Origin: Botryllus schlosseri
Taxonomy: Eukaryota
Direction of reading: 5' to 3'
Assembly (NCBI GenBank): GCA_051294905.1
Contig: CM119376.1
Coordinates: 372,001 to 436,000, forward strand
DNA: 64,000 nt
The translations under genes were made by a program, and so were the position numbers. Positions 49,378-61,559 of this stretch are shown here, piece by piece (positions within the stretch are counted from its first letter, which is position 1; each line of letters begins with the position of its first letter). The notes beneath the pieces are model-generated. The model saw only the letters and a program-made list of their open reading frames with translations. It was not told where the DNA came from and made no database searches.

Positions 49378-51063
49378 CAGTGGTTCCCAACGTGGGCGAT
49401 ATCGCCCCCCAGGGGGCGATTTGGCGGTCTAGGGGGCGAAAATAACGAAGGGGGCGATAGGGGGGGGCGAAAACGGACGAAGGGGGCGATAGGGGGCGAA
49501 AACAACGAAGGGGGTGATGGTAGGCTTACCATATTTCGGAAATGAAAAAAGAGGACACTTTTTCAGAAATTTCAGACATGCAAAACTGGAGAAGAATTCT
49601 CAAAAACCGGTAAATTTTTCCCACTTCATGATCGGTTGACTAAAAAAAAAAAAAGGTCTTCTTTTCGCTCAGAGCTGAAATACCCGCCGGAGCTTCACTT
49701 TTGCGGCATATCACTCGCAATTTCCTCTAAATCTGACCTAAATTTTCAAAAAAGAGGACAAAATCTCAAAAAAGAGGACAAAAGGGCGTCCTCCGAGGAC
49801 ACTTTCAAAAAAGTCAAAAAAGAGGACAAATCCTCTTAAAAGAGGACGTATGGTAAGCCAAGGTGATGGCGCGTTAAGACAGCTATATTGGAGTCGGGAC
49901 CGTAACTACCGCACCCCAAACCCCCAATAGGGGACAAAAATTATTTCGTGAATTAACAAAAATTGTAGTGTAATTTTTTGGAAATTCATGCAACTTTTTC
50001 CAAAAATTTTCGCGCCGGGCGCGATTTTTTATTTTGATATATCATGACTTTGGGGTACCCGTTCCCAAACAAAAATACGCATGATTTATGGAAATGGGAG
50101 AATTCGGCGTCAGGCGCCACGACGCACCAAGACATATGAAGTTAGAGGTCATGTAACATGCGACTCCGAGAAGTGTGCCAGAACGATCAGCCAAGAAGAC
50201 CTTGGCCGAAAAGGAATGCCCTTGTGCTGACCGAAAACTTCGATATGTATACCTATACATATATGTTTAATTGTCCATATATGTGCCTCAATGGCTGGCG
50301 TAGAATGTTCCTGTCTTGGCGAACTTAACCCTACAGGAAAAATGCCATCCCGCAAAGAAAATATTATTTGCGAGTTAAGAAATACAAATTTGAATTCATC
50401 CGCGTCTTTTAGTTTGGTAAGTTTCGACGATTTCCATATCTGCTGACATAGCAGATATGGAAGGTCACGAGATAGCATCATGTAACGAAGTCAATATAAC
50501 AACGATTCCGCCTGTTTTCGTGGCAAAGCGAACAACGTGATTGGGGTCGGTTTATCACCCTATGGGAGCCCAAGACCAAAGTTTTTTGGGGCCCTGACGA
50601 AGTGTTGTTTCGTTCCTGCCAACGGGTATACGTGCGAAGATGTTTAATTATTATTTAGTGGTGTCCTACCTTTTCCAACGCACCACACTCAGATCTACCG
50701 GTAAATCTGCTTACGTGAGCAGAAAGAGGATGAAAATATTGATAGCAATATATATTCAATTCCCGACCATATTGACCGATTTAAACATGAATTATATAAA
50801 TTTGTGGCACTTCGTGCGTTTAGGCGAAATACGGTGACTTACCAAACAGTAGGCCTACATGAAATAGGGTATAGCTGATATGTAGCGAAAAAAAACCACT
50901 GTCTGACAGGGGGTCTGAGGTGGTTTATCACCATATCGGGCCAAAGACCGACGTTTTAGGGGGGTGATGAAGTGCTGTTTTTCGGTTCCCAATATTTGGG
51001 GGGCGATGATCGGTGTGGAGCTTCAAAAGGGGGCGATGAGTCGAAAAAGGTTGGGAATCACTG
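49378..51063. mobile_element. Composite non-autonomous hAT (Charlie-like) element in E10 ORF1
   Basis: TIR CAGTGGTTCCCAAC/GTTGGGAATCACTG; 8-bp TSD ctctaggt; GGGGCGA subterminal repeats. Confidence 0.88.
49521..49861. mobile_element. Small hAT MITE nested in the previous element
   Basis: TIR TAGGCTTACCATA/TATGGTAAGCCAA; 8-bp TSD ggtgatgg; AAAAGAGGAC repeats. Confidence 0.8.
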
Positions 51064-54000
51064 CTCTAGGTTAAAGTAGTCTTCTACTATTTCTTCTTCT
51101 TCTCCTTCATTATCATCTTTTTCTTCATCTCCTTCTGTTTCCTCAATCTTTGTCTCCTCAGCCTCTGCATCCTTTGATACAGAGGTTGGGCTTTGTTATT
51201 CGTTGTTATTTTCAGGTTCATGTAGTTCTTCCATGTCTGTTGGTGTGATTTGTTCGTCGACCTTTAGTATTTTTATCTGATTTGTGGCCGTTTGTTGCTC
51301 TTTTTTGTTGGGACACTCAATGCGTCTATGCCCCGTTTGTTTACATAGGAGGCATACCGTTACATTAGGGCATTGGCTTGCCGTGTGTCCTATTTGCAGG
51401 CATCTAAAGCACGTTTCGTATCATTTCCCTCATTGTTCGGGGGGTAGACCTTACAGGGTGCTTGTCCCAAGTATATGAAGGGCGGAAGCCTTCCCGGTAC
51501 GTAATCTTCTATTGTTACTTGTCTGTACCCGTTATGGAGGTTAGTACCTTTGTGATATGTACCCGTTATGAAGGTTAGTACCTTTGTGATGGATTAGTTC
51601 GACTTCTCGCACCGTGCCGCATTTGTACTGTGCGATTTTGTGTCTTACTTCTCGTTCTTCCACCTCCGTTGGCACGGCTCTGATGTTTATTTGTGCCGCA
51701 GGTGGCCTCGGCTTTGATACGTGCATCGTTCCATTTGTTATGTTTATTCCCGTGATTGTTTGATCCAGGAACTCTTGGCGTATCATTTCCATCTGTGCAT
51801 GTTGGTGGAAGGATATATTGTCATTCTGCCTATTTGAAAGATGGAGGCGATGTGTTCCCTGTATTGTTTGAGTTTAGGGTGTGTGATAACGGCATCTATC
51901 ACTTCTGTTGTCTCGCTGTTTGGTGGTGTCGTTATATCCAATGATCTTGGCCTGTTTTCGCGTCCTGTTAGTGCGCTTGCATACGCCATTTCGTTGTGCT
52001 TTCTTGTTTAGAACGCAAGGCGAGGCGTTTCCAAACGCTCCGAGAAGTCGATACTGCAGTATCGATGGGCGTTGTCTACGCGCTCAGTTCGCACTGCGTA
52101 TCGAACGACACTCGTCTGACGGCTGACGTCAGGCGAGTCCACTCGAGTGCGAAGAAAGCAGTCTCTCGGCGTCTCAAGGAAGAGGTGCGAGAGCGAAGGT
52201 AGACTCACCAAGACTTGACTCGAGAGAGAGAGCCAAGACTCGGAGAGGGAGAGCTCGACAAGTCTTGACTAGAGAGAGAGAGAGAGTCAAGACTTCAAGA
52301 GAGTTGAGTCTAAAGGAGACTTGAAGGTCGACGACGGCAAAGAGAGTAGAAGTAGCCTAAGTGACTGCTGTCAACATTTGATAGTGGTTGCTTTGCATCA
52401 AAGGTGCACTGCTTCGTTGTTCGTAGCCGCGCAACAGTTGATGGTCCGCTCTTGCCTTGTTTTCCTGTTTGCTCTTCTATTCCTCGGACTTTGAGTTCCT
52501 CTTTGCTTTTGTTTCCGATCTCTAGGCCTAGGCATATCTTGTCGAGGATTTCTTCAGTTTCTGGCTCCTGTTCGTGTTTACGCCGAATTTTCAATCTTCT
52601 GGTACAAGATCTGAATATCCAAAGAGCATTAATCGCTTTACCGTCATGCTTACTCAGGTTTCGTCCGGTCCATGTGGCTTGCTTCACTGTTGTTACTATT
52701 TTGAGGTATGCCAGCAGCTCTTCGCGTCGGTCTGCACCTCTCGGGTCCATGTTTATTATCTCCTGCAGTCCCGGCAGCTTTCACATTTCGCCCTGTGATT
52801 TTGTTCCAGGTGTCTGTAAACAAAAGAGTGACAGGTCTCACCTTGGCGCATTTTACGAATAAATGCTCGTGCGTTTCTATTTGCAGTTTGCAGAGCGAGC
52901 AGTCCCTTGTTTTCGTCGCCCTTTTCGTTGGTGGGTAGTAGAATGCGGTTCGCGACGTCCCAGTTTAGTCTCGTTTGTTCTTGATTGAGGTAGTTGCTTG
53001 TCATGTTTTCTCAGCTGGGTCCCTGCATCTCCCTGACTTGCTGTATGTTGTTTCGAACGATCGCTGCCTTGTATCCATCTCCAGCCTTGTCCTTTATGTT
53101 CTGCTTGCTGACGTCAAGTTCTTGCATTGTTTTGGCCACCTCCTTCCAATGCTTCAGAGGCTGAAAAGTATGTGGTAATTGGTTATCTATATCTTTACTC
53201 GCATACCTTTTCAGCAGTATTGCTAGTTGGTGCTCGAGTCTTCGTTCCCACTCTGTTTCCGGCTTTTTCCGTTCCTTTTGCAGGTATTGGATTGCCGGTT
53301 TCACGTACGCCAAATTGGTCCTCGTCGGTATTTCTGCAACTTCCAATCCGCCCAGCTCCCTCTTTTGGATCAGCTTCCCGTACTCGATTCTTCCATCAAG
53401 CCCCATTACAAATGTTGCGAATGCATTTTTCAGCCTGTTCCTGATGTCTCCGGGCATTTTGTTTTTCGCCGCTATGTACGTGAACAACGGGAGAATGTTA
53501 GTTTTTATGATGCATACCTTTTCATGCCTTTTGAATTGCAATGCGCTTAGCTCTTCGAGTTTTTCCTTGGTCTTGTTCATTGCCTCTTTCCAGGGCTGCA
53601 TTTCGTTCTTTTCTTCGTGAGCTATTGTATGTCCAAGTACCGTAATTTCGCTCACCCATTTCACCGTTGTGTCTGCTATTCGCCTTCTTCTTCTTTCGAA
53701 CAATATGGCCTTCGTTTTTTTTCAGGATTCATATGTAGCCCGCTCGATGTTGCAAAGTCCTTGAAGATTTCGATCGCCTCCTTGCTTTGGTCTTCCCTTA
53801 CTAGGGTGAGGGTGATGTCATCTGCGTAGGACGGTGCCGCAATTCTTTGCGTCGTGCCCCCGAGCTTAAAACCTGCTAGTGATCCATTTAATTTATGCAG
53901 TAGTGATTCGGTTACAATTGTGAAAATATACATTGACATAGAGGTAAACCGAGTTACCTCTATTTCTTTTCCAATTGCGCTGCCGATCGAGATTTTCGCT

Positions 54001-57000
54001 TTCCCGCCTCGGTATATTGCCTCAATGTATTGCGTGAATGTGTTCCCCAGTCCAGATTCCTTTAGCGCTCTGTATAGGAAGTCATGCTCGATAGAGTCGT
54101 ATGCCTTCCTAAAGTCGATCGAGATCATTGCTCCCTTGTCGCTTTTTCTCATTTCGGCGGCAATTTCCCTTAAAATAAGGTTAAAAGAGTTTCAATATTA
54201 TTGGGTGGATTTACATACTGATGCGGGTGCGTGATGTCCGCCAGGACTTTCTTCAGCCGGCTCGTTAGTATTTTGTTCAGTATTTTGTAGTCCACATTCA
54301 AGAGAGTGATGGGACGGTAGTTCTTGATGTCTCCCCGGTTGCCCTTCTTGTAGATTGTCTTTATTATTCCCTTTGTGAAGTCACTTGTTGCTGTTTGAGC
54401 TCGTTAAAGACCTGTGTTAGTTCTTCCGCTATGGTGTCAATTGCTTGCTGGTAGAACTCCGCACTTATGCCATCTTCGCCCGTTTTTTTTTTCGATTTTG
54501 CTGCATTATTGCCAGTCTGACTTCCTCTTCTCTGGTGGGCGCGTCTATCCCCTCCTTCTGTTCTTGCGTGAGGCGTCTTGTTTGATATCTGAAAAGTGCG
54601 TCGGCATGTTTAGAATCAAAATTTTCCTTACTGTATAATTTTTTGTAGAACTCTTCTACTGTGCTTCTTATTTTGACCGGGTCTGTTGTTGTTTTCCCGT
54701 CTTTGTCGCTGATTTGCGTGATGCTTGCCGTTTCTTTTCTTTTTTTGATGTTTGCGCACAATACGTAGGGTCTTTTGCTCAAAGTCTCCTCCGCTAGGGC
54801 CTTGGCCTCCATCCAACTGGAGCTTTTGGATATCGCATTCCTTCCTCTTCCATATTCTCCGTTTGATTCTCCTGTATTCAGGTAAGGCGTTGTTATTGCG
54901 TATTACGTTTGCTCTCACCGTTTCTAATTATTTTTCATCTTTTTCTATCAGCCCTTTTTGCTGTTTGATCTTCCTTGCCGCGTGTTGGATGTTGAGCTGT
55001 TTGATTCTCCTTTTCACGGCCTCCCACCATTCGGCTCTCGTTGGGTACACTGTAAATCTAAAAGGTGGAAAAAATGGTAGAAAAATGGATGAAGGTACAT
55101 TCCTTCCCTTTATCCACCGTATCTCCACCACATATGGAGGAATTTAGAGGGTGGAAAGAGGGGGGAATGAATAGTCTACCATATTTGGTGGAAAACAATT
55201 ATTGACATGGTGGAAATCAGAAATGACTGTTTGCAAACTGTCGTATTGCCCAATTAAAACATAACAGTTGATACTGGCTTATAGTTAATAACGTCATCAG
55301 ACATGAATTTGGAGTCGAGTGTTGTTTTTTACTCAATGTGAAGTCATAGTCGCATGCATTTTGGAATATTGATAAAATATTGAACAGTTTTTTTCCAAGT
55401 GGTTAAGCCAGTAGAGGGATTATTAAATTTGAAAATGTCTGAATACCATTAATGGATTGTGATAATTACTTCAAGATCCTGCACGACCGTAGCATATCCA
55501 AAACCTTTAAGGTATTTATTATTATCGCCAATATTCTCACCAATGAACCGTGACCGGCAGCATCCGGGACTCTGGCGATTTGCTATTTCGAATATACGGG
55601 GATGCGCGCTCTGCGTCGTCAGTCAGTCACTCTGTCAGTCGACAGAAAAATATATCTATATTCATTGATTTTGAGTTAATCACAATTATGATTATCGTTG
55701 ATTTTAGTTCATAAGTGATGTCATCTGCTTAATCGATTTCGTATGAAGTACCGGTATCGCTCGTGACTGAAAATTCAATGAACTTGCCATTGCCATAAGC
55801 AGTTAGCAGTACCTGAGAGACGAGATGATATCTTGTTTGGTGGGAAGGTAATTCAAGTAAGCCAACGGGTGATTATAATGCAAGAAATTAGCTAGGATGA
55901 TTACATTCTCATATTCATGCATACCATAGATAGAGCTATTGGGTACGGTATTCAAACTGGCTCTAGTTTTACCATCAGTAGCTGCATATTTTGAATTTGG
56001 ATTTTCATTATAACTGCTGCAAGGATAGATCTTGTTTGAATGAAAGGAACTCTTCTGATATCTAATTGTAACTTGTGATTTCAGTCCTAAATAATTATGA
56101 GACTTAGTTACATTCAATACCGACAAGAAGATCATTACTGCGTGCACAATAGAAGATATACCATCATCTGCTGCACTAAAATTTGATTTGGCGCCGGAAT
56201 TCTTGAATATTGAGTGTTATGATAAGGAGTTTACTGATTTCTGTCTGATGCTGATGTAAAAGGCGATGATCGGATTAGAGTTCCTGTTACCGGTAAGTTT
56301 AGGCTTGGCTTCAATTATCAATTTCTTCACCTCTATACGTAATTTTCCTAGAAAATGTACCAAGCGTTTGCGACAGCAGCATCACTAGCGACTCCCTAAC
56401 TGTGGATTCATCTGAACGTAATGTAATGGATGATTCAGTTGAATCAATACTGGTTTTATCTGAATCTATTATGACGGATGATCCAGTTGAATCATCACTT
56501 TCACGTTCATAACAACTATGGCCTGTGGTCTACGACATCCCAGCTTTTCGTCAATACTTGGTGCATGGGAGCGCTGGCAATATTGTAATTGCATAAAGAC
56601 TGAGAAAAGAGATCAAGACAATTATCTTTCAAGATCCTTTGCGATATACTTTGTAAGTATAATTCCATTCAATTCATCCATCCTATTTTGTTTTGAAACT
56701 CGTGCATGCATTTCGTTAGTTTGGATAGATATCAGGTAACTATATGCGGATCTATCTAACAGGTACCCCACTGCGCATCAGTATCGAGAAGTATGCTTGG
56801 CATTATTAAAAAACTCCAGTTTTGAAAGACAATAATGAAGAAAATTCCAGCTAGGTAAGCTGCATGTAACTTCAGTCGTGGGCAATGGTCATAGTCATAA
56901 TACGCTATGTGGACGCCAGATATCCATAGTATACTGTCCTTGCCCGTTACCGGTGAATTCCGGACTAATACCGTAATTTTCCGAATATAGTGCGCCCCCA

Positions 57001-57679
57001 TGTATGATACACACCCTTAAAATGACATGTATAGCTCAATCCACATTTTATCAATTCTGCTTGTGTAGTTGGCTCGCATCCAGAATACAGTAATTTTCCT
57101 CAGTCTTAACAGTTTCTGGCCCTATTTTGCCAAGTATCAGGACTCGTACTCGAAATAACTATTCTTCGTAGATGCAATGAAAAATTGATTCGAGTCGAGT
57201 CATTTAACATATTTGAAAAAAAAGACTAGATTCAAGTCGAGTCACCCAAAAATCGCTTATCAAGTCAATGCAATAGAACCACCTCAAACCACCCATTGTT
57301 ATGTTCATTGTGTCGTGGCGCTGCCATTGTTGAAAAAATGCCGATTTTTAGACTTTGTGGACTGTTTAGAGGTTTTTCCTTGCTTTTAGTAATAGTACTC
57401 TCTGCAGAGTTGAGTCCAACAATATTTGCAATTTCTTCAGGGCTCGTGGCATATTGCCTTGAGGCAGAAGTTCAAGGACTATCGAAGACATTTGGAAGCT
57501 GAATTGGTGAATCAGATGAAGCAGAAGCATGGTACAAAACGAAAGAATGTGATTGAGGAAGAAGGAGCCAGCAGCTCTAGATGCAAAAGAGCCAGGGTTG
57601 TAAGTCCAGTTAATTTATATCTTGGTTTTAAGATGAGCTAGTTGAACTCTAATTTTTCAGGATGTACAATAGTCTATAG

Positions 57680-58401
57680 CAGGGGTCGCCAACTCAAAAC
57701 GGGTCGCGGGCCACTTTTCAAATTTCGTAGCGGCCGCGGGCCGCATGAATCCAAAATCGATATAAAGTAGGCAACCACGACTTAAAACTCTACGTCAGTA
57801 CAACCCTGTGCTACCTAACATAGGCGATGGACATAGTGACCACAAAAGAAGTAATATTTTAATGAAGGAATAAAAATACAACAAAACATCACTGGCATCA
57901 ATTTCATTTTATTTTGAACTCTGAGCTGTGCACGATACCTGGGAACGCTGATCTTGTGGGGAAACCCTAAGCCAGTGGTTCTCAAACCTTTATGACACTG
58001 AAATATTTCGCCCGCCCTTATCGTCATATCACAAAATGTACCCATACTGTTAGCAATCGGATAGTTTAACGGCGTGGATGGTTATGAATGTTGATGAGAG
58101 AATTCTATAATATGAATTCGGGACTATACACAGAGCAATAACTATAGCTATGAAATCGAGGTAAATCGCGCAGTGCGCAAAAAAAAATTCAGTTGACCGC
58201 AGCTCCGCGCCCCTTCAAATGCTTTAAAGCCCCCACTAGAGGACGCGCCCCCACTTTCAGAACCATTGCCCTAACCTGTTTTCTATGCGCCTCGGTCTTG
58301 TCAGTGTTTTCGGCCATTACACGCCAATTTCAGCATTTTAAAATGTTTTCTTAGCTTTCTTCCGAAATCTCAAATCAAGTCGCGGGCCGCGGTGACAACT
58401 G
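57680..58401. mobile_element. hAT MITE (with a second MITE nested at 57973-58268)
   Basis: Outer: CAGGGGTCGCCAAC start and GGTGACAACTG end, TSD gtctatag. Inner: CAGTGGTTCTCAAA/TTTCAGAACCATTG, TSD ccctaagc/ccctaacc. Confidence 0.8.
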
Positions 58402-59019
58402 GTCTATAGTATAAATTGTCATTGCCACGGGTGTATCATATCTTATGTATATTAAGATGTTGAAAGAGGCTGAAACCTTGATGGGAAGTGCACAACACAG
58501 AGCCGGTACAATATAGCTCAGGCCAAAATGAAGTGGCCTAAAGTTCCCGAGACTATACAAGGATTACTAGGTGAGAGTATTATTTCATGAAATTGTGTGG
58601 CATTGCAAATTTTCCGCTAACAACTTTTTTCGAATAAATTCAAGTGCAGTGGCTCTCTAACTTCTGCCGTTGAGATGCAATTGTAGAAACTTGTTTGACT
58701 TGCGCCGCACCAATAATCGTGGCTTTCACAATAACATAGTCTCGTACCAGGCAGTTACCGTCGGATTCATTTCCGAAAATTACACGCGTTCAAAATAAAT
58801 ATTGGAATGCTAGAAGTGATCATCGATAGTTCTAATAACCTGTGTCTGCTTTATAGGTGATGGAGTGTTGGATTGGCGTGCTGGTATACCAACCATTTTT
58901 GGAGAAGGATGCGACAATTTTCTTCATATTGGAGAGGTAAGCTGTTCGTAGATAGATGGTGTATAATATACATTGGTAAAACTAAACAGTTGGTTAGTCG
59001 ATGGTCAGCTAGCTAACGT

Positions 59020-59215
59020 TTTTTCGATTGGTTGTAGTTCTAATTGCTGATTTTAAAAATTCAGTGGTTGTAGTTCTAGTTGCGGATTTTGAAAATTCAG
59101 TAGTTGTGGTTAGTTGCTGATATTGAAAATTTGGTAGTTGTAGCCCAAGTTAGTGATTTTGAAAATTCAGTAGTTGTAGTTCTAGTTACTGATTTTGAAA
59201 ATTCAGTAGTTTGTA
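59020..59215. repeat. Degenerate tandem repeat of about 36 bp inside the EnSpm-like element
   Basis: About five copies of tgattttgaaaattcagtagttgtagttctagtt. Confidence 0.8.
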
Positions 59216-59956
59216 CAAGTCTGGTTTCTACCTCGCCTCGTCGGTGTCTTACAAGAATCCTAGAAGTGAGCCGTGCTACAAGTCAGCAAATACGGATTAA
59301 AAAATAAGAACACCGGCCTGTTGTAAATGACCATAATGGTTAACCAGTGTTTCAAAATCAAGTCAATCCATATTTCTTATATGCCGTTACAACTTCTAGC
59401 GATAGAAAGTGGCAAGCTTCAGTAGACCTGGGACAGGCGTCGCGCATAGCTTAAGTAATGGATTGGGGCTCATGAGATTGAAATATACTTCATTGCAGCA
59501 GACAGACTGGTAACAAGATATTTTTAAAAGCATAAATCAAATGAGCAACATTTTGTGACACAAATTCATGTTTATAACTTGAGCAGTGGTAATATAAATT
59601 GTCCTATGTGCTAAGCCTATCTCGATATCATAATGATCTGAAGTCCGAAGATTTCATAGTAATATAATATATCTTTCAGGTTTCTATCTCTCCATATCCA
59701 ACGATGGTCTACAATTCGCAATGGAGCCTGTACTTGGATGGAATCGTCTTCTCAAAAAACATTGAAAGTTTTGATGAAACACTTGCTCTTCTGATCGCAG
59801 CTCATTGGATATTGAACAGTTTCAGAAGAATATCAAGCACACTCTCACGTGCCTTTCGTCATACCTGCTAAAGCTGCCTGGCGTAGAGCTGACAAATCTT
59901 GTTGTGAGGGCTACTAATATGTTGCCATAAACAATGGAACTGTCATCATAGGTATG

Positions 59957-60198
59957 TAGGGTTACCATACGGAGGCTCAAGCGGGTCATTCGAAGTCGAT
60001 TGTCAGTGCCGACTTTTTATTTTAGTCAACACGACTAAATTTAAGAAAAAATATGGTAATTTTGGACTCGTCGCTTTCATTTAACACCAAAAGTTTTCCA
60101 GCAAAAAATAGCAAAATCGGCTGTGAGTCTTGATCAACTAACTTTCCTGAATTGGTAAAATTGTCCTCCTTTTTCGATTCTGTAATATGGTAACCCTA
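59957..60198. mobile_element. Small hAT MITE
   Basis: TIR TAGGGTTACCATA/TATGGTAACCCTA; degenerate 8-bp TSD taggtatg/tagtaatg. Confidence 0.7.
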
Positions 60199-61559
60199 TA
60201 GTAATGACTGTTTGAATACGCATAATAAAATGCATGAAATGCCATGCTTGTATGTTTTAATTGGATTTGTATTCTGCAGTATTGCATAAAGCAAAGATGT
60301 GTGGCAGCTGACAGATAGGTTGGGGTGGAAGGTATGTCCCCCATATAGGGTAGAGGGTATTCCTCCATATAGGGTGGAAGGTAATCCTCATATAGGGAGG
60401 AGGGTATTGCCCCATATAGGGTGGAAAGTATTTCCACCATGATGGGGGGTGGAGTTGCATTCCACCAGAAATGGTCAAAATGGTGAACCACTTCTAATGG
60501 AGGAAATCTCCACCTTTTAGATTTACCGTCTAGACGGTGTTGTATAGCGTTTTCCATCTCTCCGCCAGGTATTTCTGAAAGGACTCACTCTGATATATTG
60601 CGGTGTTGTTCTTCCACGCTGCGGGCTTTTTGTTCTGATCAGTTTCGAGCTGTATTGTGGCCATCGTCGCGTCGTGGTCTGAGAACGGACAAGATATGTG
60701 TTTACATTTTATCGGTGTAATATCTGGTGATGCGTAAATTCTATCCAGTCTGGTTTTGCCAGCATAATGGAAAAAGGTGAATTCTTTCCTGTTTCCGTTT
60801 ACTTTCCTGTATGCGTCCTCTACCCCAATTGCTTTCATCACTGTCGCGTGTCGTTTGGCGTCAGCTTTCCAATGGGGCAGGTCTGCTGGATGGTGGTCTA
60901 GCGTACTTGAGTCGACTCCGTTGAAGTCTCCCGCTATTATTTGCGCCTTCGTTCCCCTGGTTCTCGTGGCCAGTTGTCTCAGCTGCGCGTGGCGTTTCGT
61001 CCTATCGTTATGACCATAGAAGTTGGTTATTTCTATTTTTGTTTTACATACTTAAATTCTGAGCTGGCTCAGTCTTCCTTGCATGTCCTTCGTTGTGCTG
61101 ATCACCCTGAGTTGGTTTTTGTTTCGATTGCCCAGGAGTATTGCTGTTCCCGCTGAGTATGCGCTGTTGGAGTTCCAAAATGATTCTCCATTCCACTCTT
61201 TCGACCAAGCATCCTCTATCTCCAGCGTGGAGTGGGTTTCTTGCAAACAGATTATATTCACCCCTGTTTTCTTTATAAAATCATATATTACTTTTCTCTT
61301 ATTCCTATCCCTCATCCCATTTACATTAATCGTTAGTATTCCTAATTGTTTCTTGAAGATTGCTTATTCTGGTATTTCCGCACCTTTCCGGTGCCCGCAG
61401 AAGATGCATACCTGGCCTTTTCGCCTCTTTTCTACCTGGATTGTTGCATTACAGCATTCCGTTAGCGTGCATCTTCTTTTGCAGGTTGCGCAGCCGAATT
61501 CTGTTCCCCGCCTGTATTGTGCCGCTGTTATTATCGTCACGGCAGAGCAGCAGTCGCTA

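Larger units (their letters stand above)
45020..52330 (-). mobile_element. Tx1 element E10, nearly full length, decayed
   Basis: 5' UTR about 52000-52330; ORF1 from 51989 (homologous to E1 ORF1); APE start MALDIISLNING at 48980; RT 46622-47356 (NWRPITLLN, DQEKAFD, IRQGCPLS, QQYADD); 3' UTR 45020-45150. Confidence 0.88.
57441..59900 (+). pseudogene. Spliced accessory gene of the EnSpm-like element (resembles SAMD3-like proteins of animal EnSpm elements)
   Basis: AG/GT-bounded exons: GSWHIALRQKFKDYRR...; GDGVLDWRAGIPTIFGEGC...; ...SFDETLALLIAAHWIL...IKHTLTCLSSYLL. Family assignment is from memory of motifs. Confidence 0.45.
55048..60530. mobile_element. 5.5-kb EnSpm/CACTA-like non-autonomous DNA transposon
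   Basis: TIR CACTGTAAATCTAAAAGGTGGA matching the right end (20 of 22); 2-bp TSD TA; subterminal GGTGGAA and CCATATAGGGTGGAAG repeats; no transposase recognised. Confidence 0.75.
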
